From Fimbriosthenelais zetlandica (lineage: Eukaryota): a stretch of DNA of 64,000 nucleotides. Both the position numbers and the translations under genes were made by a program. Location of the stretch: assembly GCA_977030845.1 (NCBI GenBank), contig OZ365116.1:17794001-17858000 (forward strand). The letters run 5' to 3'. Position 1 is the first letter of the stretch; the number at the start of each line of letters is the position of its first letter. The notes beneath the pieces were generated by a model. It saw only the letters and a program-made list of their open reading frames with translations. It was not told where the DNA came from and did not search any database. Below, in pieces: positions 46,882-58,684 of the stretch.

Positions 46882-49800
46882 ATGTATCCTACTGGAGTCA
46901 GTGGGAGGCACCTAGGAGGAGGTACTGGAGGAGGTGTTACAGCCATGCGTGCTCACCCTCCAGTCAGATCTTCCACCCACCCTCACCTCAGTCCTCCAGT
47001 ACGTCATCATAGAAACCACCCACATCATCATCATAATACCCATATAACACCTGGAGGAGCTGGACGACGGGGGGGATGTCCTAGTCCTCGTCACGGGATC
47101 CACTCACCTCCAGGCGGCATGCCTTCCCCACCACGAGCCGGTCTCCCATCCCCGGCCTCCACGGGCGGCGGTGGCGGGGCGGGCGGCGTGACGGTGCGTG
47201 CCGCCGGGGATGTACCGGCCAGTATTACAGTAGGCCCCTATCTCTTCGACCTGGCACTCGGCCTACACATGTCCGACACCAGAGCACCCGCAGATGTGAT
47301 CCAGGTGAGTGTTTCTATTACTCTTTTTCTTCGTTTTAACCCATATTTAACGGGGCGTAAGTTGTAGACAAGAGTATATTTCTTTTACAAGTTCTCTGGT
47401 TAAAAGTGGTCGCGTCCTGAACAAAGTGGTCCTCCTGGCGAAATAATTGGTCGCGGCGCGACTGATCAAAGAAACTCAGCTGATCAAAAGCTGGCAAAGG
47501 TTAAAAAACTCAAGACAAACAAGTAGGCCTATATATATGTACTGTATGCCTGTATAAGGCCTAAACAATTTACATACTCCAGCTTAAGGCCGCATTTCAA
47601 AAATACAAATATTGCGCCCAACTCATTATTCAAATTGGTTAGGATAATTTAACTTCCATTTACATTAAATTTTATATGACTAGGCCAAGTTCAATTCATC
47701 CTAATATTTTGATCCATTCGCCAGTATTCCAGAAATGAATCTTATATAGGTCCTATACCTTTAATCCATTAAATATTTCATTATAGAAATAACAATGTGA
47801 TTGCCGCGACGCGACGTGATCCGCGTCCATTGTCGTTACCACTTCTCAAAGTCTCATGTAAAGGGCACTGTATTCAGTCGTATCAGATCTCTTGTGTAAA
47901 ATGATGGTGCTAAATTGTCATTTATTGCTTCGTGGCATGAACATATCTACATGTATATGGTATATGATAGTATGTAGCCTCGCGCCTCTACACCCCACTT
48001 TGTGTATACTACTGGCGCGCCGCGTCCCGCATTTATATACAGCGGTCACTGCTACTATGATAAACATGCAGGGCAGGCTGATCCGCGCTGAGATAAACTC
48101 CTTATCCCCAAACCCATTCCACTGAGAAACCTCAACTCACGTTACATCCATGCCTTCCCTCCTCCATCTCTTTTCTAAGGACATTTTAGTGCAGATGCTT
48201 CGACAGTTCTTGATGTTTCTATGAGCAATTCCTTCCCTAATTTTTGCTAAAATCAAATGGCGCAATCTGTTTGGCGCTCCCTTCTTCCCGAATTTAAATA
48301 TTTCTTTCCAAAAGGTCTGTGAACCGATTACATGGTCATTTGTAATCTATCAAATTTCTAGTTCCTCTGTTCATTTATGATGCTCATATAGATTTTTATC
48401 CTCCACCCGCGGGGGTATTTTGCGTCCAGCACAACTCCTCTCTCTGATTCAGATTCTTTCTCCGTCTCTATCTCTCTCTATACATGATCTCTCTCTCCGT
48501 TCCCTATCTGAATATCCCTTCCTAACCACCATTCATGAGTTATTTGATTTATGTCTTATACTTACTGGTAGATATTCAAGTCAGCAGGGTGTAAGACTGG
48601 AAAGAATGAGACATCCCTAAAGCCATGATGTGAACGTGCCTGGCTTACCCCTACAGCTTTGTAGTGAGGACAATAGCATTGTTTTACAGCCTATAGGCTT
48701 GTGGGCACATATATACACACCGACGTGAGCTGCCCCACACCACCATACAGGGACAAACATGTATATAAGTTCATGCCCCGCCAAATCCACAGCTCTATGC
48801 ACAATAAATAATGTGCATATAAAGGCGTTCAGGACTTCTGACATTAAAGATCAAATACCGTATTGTTATTCATAGAATCATTTGTATGAAAATCAATTGA
48901 TATTTATGGATCGATATTCTTCGATCACCGTGAAATTCACTGATCATAAGATCGAATGGGGGTCTAGGTCCGACCATTTATAAGTCAGTTAATGTTGGGA
49001 ATTGTGGGGACGATCTGCCTCCAATTGCAGTCTCCCTTCTAAAGATCCACTGACTTTTTTCAAGCAGCTTGAAAGCTTTGGCACCTTAAGTTTCTCCTTC
49101 ATAAAAGTGAAGCCCACACCTCTTGTAAGGCAAGAAGGGTAGTGAAACGTGCTTCTGTATCCATTTTCATCCCTCAGCCTCCTACCAAGGCCGACGCCGA
49201 CATCGAGTGTCTCTGAAAATCCAACACTATCCGCCAACCTCTGTCTGCTAGCAAACACCCCCTGTACCGCTAGCACACTCCCTGACCGGTACCAGTTACA
49301 AGAGGAACAATACTGGCACCTAACCACAAGTTTGTACGGCCTGCAGACTTTACATAGTAATAAAGACACAAGAAAGGGATCTGCCACCCCCACCCTTGAT
49401 GGTCGAGAATGGGGCGACGTGATCGCGCCGCCAGAGCTTTTACCAATAGCGCCGCACTACATTTACCTGGTATACATGTATACATGCAGCCCCCGCACAA
49501 GACGGTGGTAATGGCCTACCATGCCTCTACATGCCCTTCATGGCATTGTAAATATGCTACAAATAGGAACGCCTTCGCATTCATGATATTCATGTATCCG
49601 AAAGGAAATGTGTTCATGTCAAAAAGGGGGAAACATGCCTTTCCAATATTTTTTTGGGCATGGAAGTGAAAATGTGTGTCCTGCATACACAATTAATGAA
49701 GTGGGGTCCTTGTGCAAGGAGCAGGTTTGTCCTCAGATGCGAGTGATATAGAAAATGTAGAGAACAGATTAGTATATAAAATTTCCAGTCCATGCAGCAA

Positions 49801-52800
49801 ATAGAGGAAATTTGTGAAAATGCCCTCAGCACAAATGTCTCAATCATGAAGGAACTCTTCCTTGTCTGAAACATCATCAAAAGCGGCCCACAAGACCATG
49901 ATAATTTGTACAGGGCCACCCGTTGGCGACAACACCCCTAGACATGAAACGATTAGTGGGAAGAGGACAGGGGATGGTCCTGCCCCCACACCCCACCGTA
50001 CAAGTACAAGTAGCTCCCAATTATTACCCGACTACTTACAAACTCGTTACAAGTAGAGAAAAAGGGTCCAAAAGACCACACATCAGGCTAACTTCATGTT
50101 GTCCCCAGGCAATACACGCTCTCCACCTACTCTCCCCCGCTCTTATGACACCTTTTCTGTGAGGTTATTCTGGTAGGACATATATAATATCCCACCCTTT
50201 ATTCACCGCCGGAGGGCTGTGAGATATTCCTCTTTTTAAATGAACCATGGACGGCAATTTAAATGTCCCTTCTGAAGCCAAATTTAATTGATTTTTCCCT
50301 CGATTAAATGGATAGTATTGCATTTAAAATGAATAGAAAAAAATGCTATATACAGTGTCCTCGACTGTACCATGCAATGGACACGTACTTGTGAAATATG
50401 TAGTGTTTTAGTCCATGGTTATATAGTGATAACTATGGGACCTTTCTTTCATGCTGAAGCCGCAGGCCATTGACCATATTGCTCTCTGTGTAGCATTGCC
50501 TCGGCAGCAAGTAGCTGCTGTAAACCACAGCATGCACAGGGAACTTGAAACATCATGGAACATTGTTATAGAGAGAGCAGTAAAACTTTAGCCCTCTATA
50601 TCTTATATCCACCCCAATGGAATAATGCATTGGATCTGTTAAAAAATGAAAAGAAAATTGAGAACACTAAGTCTTGTGAAATTCTGAGAAAATCAAATCA
50701 CCCTATATACACTGCCCACGACACTGAATGAATACATCGCAAAGTAGGTTTATCTTCATGTGTATTTGACTAAAACACAAATATATTTTCTGAGGGTAGT
50801 TTTTAATTTCCCTCAACAAATTTCCCAACAGGATATAACCAATAAGTATACGTTTATAAAACGTTCACATGTTATGCCAAAAACCTGGCATCTCTACCAA
50901 CAAAGTAACCACTGAGAGGAAGTCCAACAAATACAGCCCTCAAACACACACACTCATCAACAGCATCAACTCATGACCTGTACCCCCACATTTTTCACCT
51001 GTCCTCTTAGGATAGAAGTAGCTAAGGCGCCTTTTCTATATACCTGCCTCAAAGAAAGGGATAAAAGAGGGAGAGGGGGAGCAGAAGTAGGAGGGGAGAC
51101 ACCTCTCCCTCTTTTTCCAAGCAGTGCCGCTCCCCAAGCCCCTGAGCGGCATCAGAGTCAAGTACATCTCAGCCCAGTAAAGCCGATTACCCACCCCCAT
51201 TACGGTCTCGTATCACCCGGCACATATTTTCAAAAGATATTAGTGTAATCTAATTGAATTAAATCTGGTCAAATTTGGATAACATGACCAGCATGGCTGA
51301 GGGGTGCAATATGAAGCCCTTGTGGAGAGGAGGGGGAGAGACATCTAAGTCTATGGTATATACTGGAAGGGGGGTATACATAGTGGAAGAAGCGAAAGAA
51401 GGATGGAGAAAGGAGAGGGGAAGAGAAAGGGGTAAAGGTTAGGGGACTCCAGCTCCGCATTCTAACAACTTGACTGAGTTATTTGCTGGGATGACATTGG
51501 ACCTGCTGTGGCGGCGGGTAAAGCATGGCTTGAATCGGACCTCACAAGTTCATCTCGTGCAAATTCATAACTCTGTTTTCCCAGAGGGGAGCGTTGTTTT
51601 CATACAGTGGCCGATTCCATGTTGAATTTGACGCCTTGTGCGGGCAAGGCGAGGTTTGTCTACCTGCCGCTCTTTTTTTGTCCCATGTTTACGAATGTAT
51701 TTGGTTGGAAGCTGCTTTTACTGGTGGTGTCTGGCGGTGGAAGCTGGGAGGGCCATAAGACATCATATATATGGACATCATATAGACAAACCAACACTGA
51801 GAGGGATTTATTATATAGCCCTGTAGATGGAGCACCATCTCTCATATAATGATTCTCATATAATATGGGTACTTTCTGTGAGAACTATATGCATGATTTA
51901 CCTTGATCACTCATTGAATGAACAACTCTGGGCATTACAATAAGAATCAGTAAAATTAGTTGACCACAGATTTAAGCTGATTTATACACTAACAAATCGT
52001 GCGCCTAAATCGTACGTGTTTTCTCAAAGCACCAGAACCACATCATATGAAAGATATAAAACAAACTAGATACGTTTTTGTGCTTCTTCCCGCTTGCTCC
52101 TCCCCTCCCCCTCTTTAAAGTTTGGTGCCTGGTTGTGCAACACAAAGCTGCAAATAACAAATCGCCGAGTCACGAACACACGTGCAACACCGTGGCACAT
52201 CAATCCCAACCTCAAACAAAGTTTCTGTCAAATCCATGTACTCGAAGGCATTTGCCGGAGATTTTTATGCGAGCCGTGCGAGGCAAAACAACCAAAATGC
52301 GCTGAGAAATAACAAGAAAATTTTCCCGAGAGGTCATTATACCAACTTCTCCAAGTCTTTAGACAAACAGGAGCTGGGGGATATTTTCTTCGATTTTCCT
52401 TCATCTTCCCCCATGCACGGTATATATACAAGTCCAATTTATTCATGGCATACATGACGTTTGCACCAGACAGATTTAGTAAACAAGGGCCGTCCCTATT
52501 TAGTTGGTGGATATATAAAGGCCTGCCAAGACCATGCATGTGAATTCAAACCTCAACATATAGCCAGCTATAAGATGGTGGCTTTTTTTATTCATCCTGA
52601 CTTGAGGGATATGTTTTCCCCATCGTTCATCATACATGTATATGATGAATAGGAATCCAATAGTCACACCAGTGAGAAAGTATGCCTTTCACAGGGCCAT
52701 AAGCAGGTGTCAACGTGGCCTGCATTAAAAGCAATATAAGTTTAGACCAAGACACACATCCAACATTGTCCCCCTTCTCCCTCACAACCTTCTTCATGGT

Positions 52801-55800
52801 AAAGTTCTCCAGACATATAAGGTATTTAACACTCGTATGTGTTATCAAAAGCATCTGGCCTACTTGACAAAATGCTATTTGTTTCCTATTGAATTCCCTG
52901 CCATGGCCGTTGGTTTCGATGGCTATTTCTCCTCCCTCTTTTCTCACTGTAAGCATTGGGGTGTAGGTGTATAAGACTGGGAGTTAGAACAATGTCTGGT
53001 CTATCTGCAGTCATCGTTGCATATGGCAGAACAATACATGGTTGCTGTTGATCGGTAACGGTATAACTTAGGACCAATCCATATCAAGCCAAAGGTGCCG
53101 ATACTCAAGATGGCCTCCCAGGGGTAGAGCGGGGTGTATGGGACTTGAAGCCATGGGTAAAGCCACCCTGATGCCATTCCCCGGGGGCATTTCCCTTGTC
53201 CGCAGGCATTTGGAGAGGTCCGCAGGGACAGTCCCATACCTGTATGACAGGGACATTTCTTCTACCTGGCTGCAAATTAAGAACTACTACAGAAAGAGAT
53301 GAGAGGTGCTTATGAAACGGATATAGGCACAGGTGTCAAAGCTTATGTTGAACAATCACAAACCCATATCTGTTGGGAATAAGGACCGCACTGTTTTCTT
53401 TTTCTATTATTATTTGCTTTCAAGAGGTTTGTTCTATTGCACCAATACCGTTGCAACTAGTAGAGAAATTGGCCTTCAGGTCTCATGCAAATATTTTAAT
53501 AATAAATATTTTAAATAATATTTATTCATATATTAGATAACGGTCACTAAGTTTGAGGGAGGACGGGTTGGTAAAATATCCATCTGTTATAAAATCATCC
53601 AGATATTCTTTGTTTCACAACCTGTCGCCTTATTATCGACATAGGACAAAAATAAAATGGGTATACCCCCTGCCCTAACTCCACACTTCCACTGTGCATT
53701 TGTAAGTCCCCCTCATGTCCCACCCCTACCATGGCCCTTCACGTGTCATCATATGGACGAGATCCCCCGGTCTATAACCAGGAGTAGGCCTCCAGGTGTT
53801 GGTCAGCGTGTCCGAGCAGTGTCCGGCCACTTAAAGCACAATGGCGCAATGACCAGACAACAAGCCTACAAAGCTTGACCACAGAGGGATGCCCCTCACT
53901 CAAGTGACCATTGATGGGGAGGGCTGGGTGGAGTGGAGTTAATACATTGGCGGTGTGCTCTGATGCCCTTAAATTAGTTATGTAAGCACTTTCTCCAACA
54001 ATGGGATAATAGAGGGGGTTGTAATAGACCTATTGCTGAGTATTCATTCATATCGCACCTATTGGTATAACGGCAGGCCTGGGTGTTATATATGGAGCAT
54101 TCATCCTTTCACTAACTTTACATTGTAAAGATCTAGTATAGCTGGGTTGTGTAAGTAATATATCCGGTTGTCAGTTATAATATAGCCACCTGATAATGAT
54201 AAGACATATATCAATGGATGGCAAGAAATATTTTCATTTGCAGACTTTAATATCTGTGAATTGAGTGAAATTTTCCACCAGTTATTTGTCTGTGGTGAGG
54301 TGCAATATGCAGCCAGGCATGACTGAGAGCCGCCGCCGACTATTTACCACCGGGCCATCTTATGCTGCTCCTGGTGTATATGATTAACCTTACCAAGACA
54401 CAGGGCCCCACAAACAACATGATAAAATGCATCAAATCATGCTGGTACCCTCCTCACAATTTATGTGGATGCCACACACATATATATGTGCACACATAGG
54501 GACACACGCTGGTATAGAGAGGGATGTAGACATACATATAGCAGCACATGCATGCTAAAAGAGGTGGAGCATTCACCAATGAACACTTTATGAGTACTTC
54601 TGACAAACTGAAAATGCTCAGAAAATTAAGAAAAGTTCAGAAAAGTAAACTTGAAAGGTTCAAAACTTCACATTGATAACACTGGAATCATCAATTTCGT
54701 AAAAAATGGAAATGATTGATTACAGAAATCCGTCTGGAAACACTTTTTGTATACTTTAGGGAAATGTAACCCCAAGGAATATTTTTAGACTACAGACAGA
54801 TGCAAAGGAAAGGATGACTTTGTCTCCAAACAGAAAAACCACTTTAAATGAGAGTAAAAACTGCTGGGAAAACAACAAAAGGCCATGGTGAGTGGGAGGA
54901 GAATCATGAAGCGCATATATAATGTATGTGAGAGGCGGTGTATGACAAAACCAGAGGCTGTCCTCCCTCACATAGTTCACCCGATTACAACGACGAGGAG
55001 AAAATGTAACATTTACCCTCAAAATAAAACTGACATTCTCCTAGTCTCCAATAACAATGTGCAACACTATTCTCTTGAGCACTATTTTCTCAGTGTAACA
55101 CTATCTTTTGATCCTTTAATCCCTCGCAATACCACTTGGATAATGGCACCATCCGTGAGACAACAGAGTTAGGCGCCCCATTCCTAAACAAGAGGGAATT
55201 CCAAGTGTCCCCCAGTCGACATTGTTCAAATCTGTCTCTCAATGGAAGCGTTTGATATTGTGACCACGGTGTCTGACTCGCCCACAATGCTCTTGTTTGC
55301 CTTGGCTTCCGCTACCAGACGGATTTTGCCGCGTGGGGTCGCGGGGTCAGGAGGATCGCATTGTGCGGGGGTGCCAAGGGCAACCGGCCGGATGAGGGCT
55401 TGGGCAAATGCTTGTGACATGTGCAAACGGCACGGGGTCTTTTTCACCTGATCATCTGAAGGCAAACGCCTTCACATGGCCCTCCCCATGTCAATCATAA
55501 TGGTGGAGGGGAGAAGAGAGGGGCAAAATCCGGATGTCGCATGAACCCTGCTCCCTATTATGGCCCTTCCATGGGGTCTCTTTCATGTAGAGAGGGCCAG
55601 TCCAAGTTCACATGTAACAGGAAGCCCAAACAAGACACTTCCTCTCCCCAAAATAGCCAACTATTCCAGGCATTTCATCCATGGCATTTTTTTTAACTCG
55701 AAAGTCTTTGAAATCATGTCTGAGTTATTGATATATCAGAACAACCTACCTTTTTCATGTGGGATCACATTCATCAATATTAAATGGCCAACATGAATAA

Positions 55801-58684
55801 ATATACAACAGAATATAACAGATGTTCACATGTTTGAAAATTATTCACTTCTTGTCTAGAAACCTTTAGATTTTAAGACCTTAGATATAATGATTTAACC
55901 ATGTAGTATAATTTGATGTTTTACCTTTCTCCAGGCCCGGCTGTGTGGAGGGACTCTGGTTGTAGAGGGGGAGACGAGTCCTCGGTGGTTGGCTTATATC
56001 CAGGCTGCCCGGGACCGCCACGAACAAACACTAGAGGCCTTCAGAGACCCCAGAGGCTTCATCTTCTACAGGTGAGTCTACAATTTAAGAAAGATGTCAT
56101 TAATAAATTATACATATGAAATACCGAATTAAAATTACAGAGAGAAATTGTCTCTGAATTAAAGTGTCACTTGGATAACTATCACTGTCAGAATAAGGGA
56201 ATTTATTTTATATTTTCACTTTTCAGATCTGTGAGACCACTGCGGGCAGGAGAGGAGCTATTAGTTTGGTACGGTGATGAACTCGCCAGAGAGTGTGGTA
56301 TCCCAGTCCTCACTCCTACACATATTAGAGGTAAGTTAAGCACTTATAATGTTACAATAATTTTGATCACTGTTATTCCCTGTTGATTATATAATATTAC
56401 CCTGAGTTTATGGTCATTTCTTGGGTTAGTGCCCTCGCTTGGACGTTCTTGGTCATTTCATTGGCCAGTACCCTCACTTGGACGTTCTTGGCCATTTCTT
56501 GGGTCAGTGCCCTAGCTTGGACGTTCTTGACCATTTCTGGGGTTAGTGCCCTCCCTGGCCCAACTATAGCACCTTTCATCAGACCTCAATTTGTCATCAC
56601 CCACCATGAGAATGTGTGATGTTCATGCAATGATAAATAGCATGTCATCAAGGATATGACTGATCATAGCATGACATGTTTCAAACCAGGACCTCATGTG
56701 GCATTCTCACATACACATGCAATCCTGGAGAGTAAGACGATATGATCCTCTTAATATAGTTGCGGTGCATACCGCAGATACGGTCTGTCTCTAGGCTAAC
56801 ACACACCTGAGTTGTCCCCCTACCTTGTATTTACTCTGGGAGAATAGGATGTCTTGGATGTTTTCACTTGTCATTATACTGTATATTAGCACAAAGCCCT
56901 GACAGATCTTGATACATTCAGTTGTGCATTCATGTGAAAATACTTTGCCCGTTTGTTGCGTGGTTCTGTCATTCCCAACAACTGAGTATACAGTTGGTGT
57001 TTGCATACAGCCATGTCCCAGGGGTGAGGTGCCTTCAATTGGGCATAAATTAAGTAAGCTCACCAGGGTCTTATTTGCCGAGGGATTGGGGGAAAATGGT
57101 ATTTCTGTAGTGATTTTTTCCAAATAATTTTTGACCTAATATATTATTAAGTATGGGATTGCCTGTAAACCATCGAGCCAGCATAAACTGGGGATATGGG
57201 TGTATCCTCTTATTGAGGATCCAATATTGTTCTGTATGATTTTTCATATATCTATGATGTTTGATTTTTCAGGGGATCAACAATATGTTTGCAACACGTG
57301 CAGCAAGTCTTACAAGCATCCCAACTGCCTCAAAGCCCACATGAGGTTCCACTGTTCAGCTCCAACAAGACTTGACCTTTTGGTTTCAGCAAGATCAACA
57401 GATCCATGGTTACAGCTGACTCCAAGTCCCCCTAGACATAGCCTGGATGTCCTCAGGTCTCCAGAGAGGCCTTCAATCTCCCCACCCTCCACCACATCCT
57501 GTCCCTCTGGTCCAGTCAACCTCAAGATAGGCGAGGGGTCTGCTTTCAAACCTCCAAAGAGGGAACCAGAAACAATGAGACAGTCGCCTGACAGCACAAG
57601 AGATCTGCCTGACACCATGCAAGAAAGGAAAACAGAGGCGTGTATCAAAGAGGAGATTCCCACTACCACAACAGAGAAAAGATTTGAGGTGCCATCCCCT
57701 TCAAAGGCCGTCAGTCTGAAAGATGTCGCCTCAAAGTTCCCAGCAAGAACAGGAATGTCGGCAAGCGTCCCACAGCCCTTTCACATTTTCAACCATATTC
57801 ATCCACCTCACTTCCCAATGCCCATGGACAATCACACTGCTCTGAAGTATTACTATGCACCTTATTATAACAAGGTCCATGGGAATGGCACTAGTCAGTT
57901 ATGCTATAGCAGAATGCTAAAGCAGTCTGCCTTCCCAAATGGTTATCTTCACGGTCCAAACCCCTATTTTCCATTTGCTGGTCAGAAAATACACTCTACC
58001 CCGAACAGGGAGAATACAAATATGAGTGAAGCAGTGAAAACTTCTCCCCATCACAACATGGAGGCTTCACCTGATAGTGCTTGCCTACCCTTTGCATTTC
58101 CTCTTCCATCAGAGAAAGCAGGCGAGCCTCTCGACCTCCTCCCTCGCTCCCTCTACATGCATAAATCCAGGAAGGGTCATCTGTGTATATACTGTGGTAA
58201 ACTCTACTCCCGAAAATATGGCCTCAAGATTCACCTTCGGACTCATACAGGTTACAAACCATTGAAATGTAAAGTTTGCCTGCGTCCATTTGGTGATCCA
58301 AGTAACCTGAACAAGCACATTCGGCTGCACGCTGAGGGAGACACCCCCTACAGATGTGACTATTGCGGCAAGGTTCTGGTGAGGAGGAGGGACCTTGAGC
58401 GACACATTAAATCTAGACACCCCAACGAAGCTGCTAAACTTGGAGCAGCTGATTCAGAAGTGAGCAGTTCAGGGAAGCAGAGTGATCTGGATGGAAGTGC
58501 TTCACCTGAGCTTGAACATAACGCCCTGTCATCAGGAGAATCTGTCGGCTCGCCGACATCTTTCTCTGACAGTAAAGATTATATTGATGTCGACGATGAC
58601 ATGGAAGACGATGATGAGAGAGACGAGGAAGACGATGATGATGACGAAGATATTGATGTCACAGAAATAGAGGTCGTGGCATAA
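46882..58684 (+). CDS. PRDM13: PR/SET domain zinc finger protein 13, 691 aa; exons 46882-47304, 55935-56071, 56227-56330, 57273-58684
   Basis: PR domain ...DVPASITVGP...RWLAYIQAARDRHEQTLEAF...IFYRSVRPLRAGEELLVWYG, directly followed by ZF1 (YVCNTCSKSYKHPNCLKAHMRFHC). Three C-terminal fingers HLCIYCGKLYSRKYGLKIHLRTHTGYKPLKCKVCLRPFGDPSNLNKHIRLHAEGDTPYRCDYCGKVLVRRRDLERHIKSRHP are nearly identical to vertebrate PRDM13 as recalled. Four exons, GT-AG, phases 0,2,1. Confidence 0.95.
56411..56553. repeat. 39-bp minisatellite (~3.7 copies) in PRDM13 intron 3
   Basis: Unit TGGTCATTTCTTGGGTTAGTGCCCTCGCTTGGACGTTCT at 56411, 56450, 56489 and partial at 56528. Confidence 0.92.

Noticed and set aside
48989-53256. 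ORFs in PRDM13 intron 1 (49149-49511, 48989-49393, 52630-52956, 53001-53237) as nested genes
   Set aside because: No domain similarity recognised and no consistent splice chain; lengths are compatible with chance.
57200-57272. ORF-track start of the 494-aa zinc-finger ORF
   Set aside because: It uses a non-ATG start inside intron 3. The real exon begins after TTTTTCAG at 57273 and joins the PR-domain exons.
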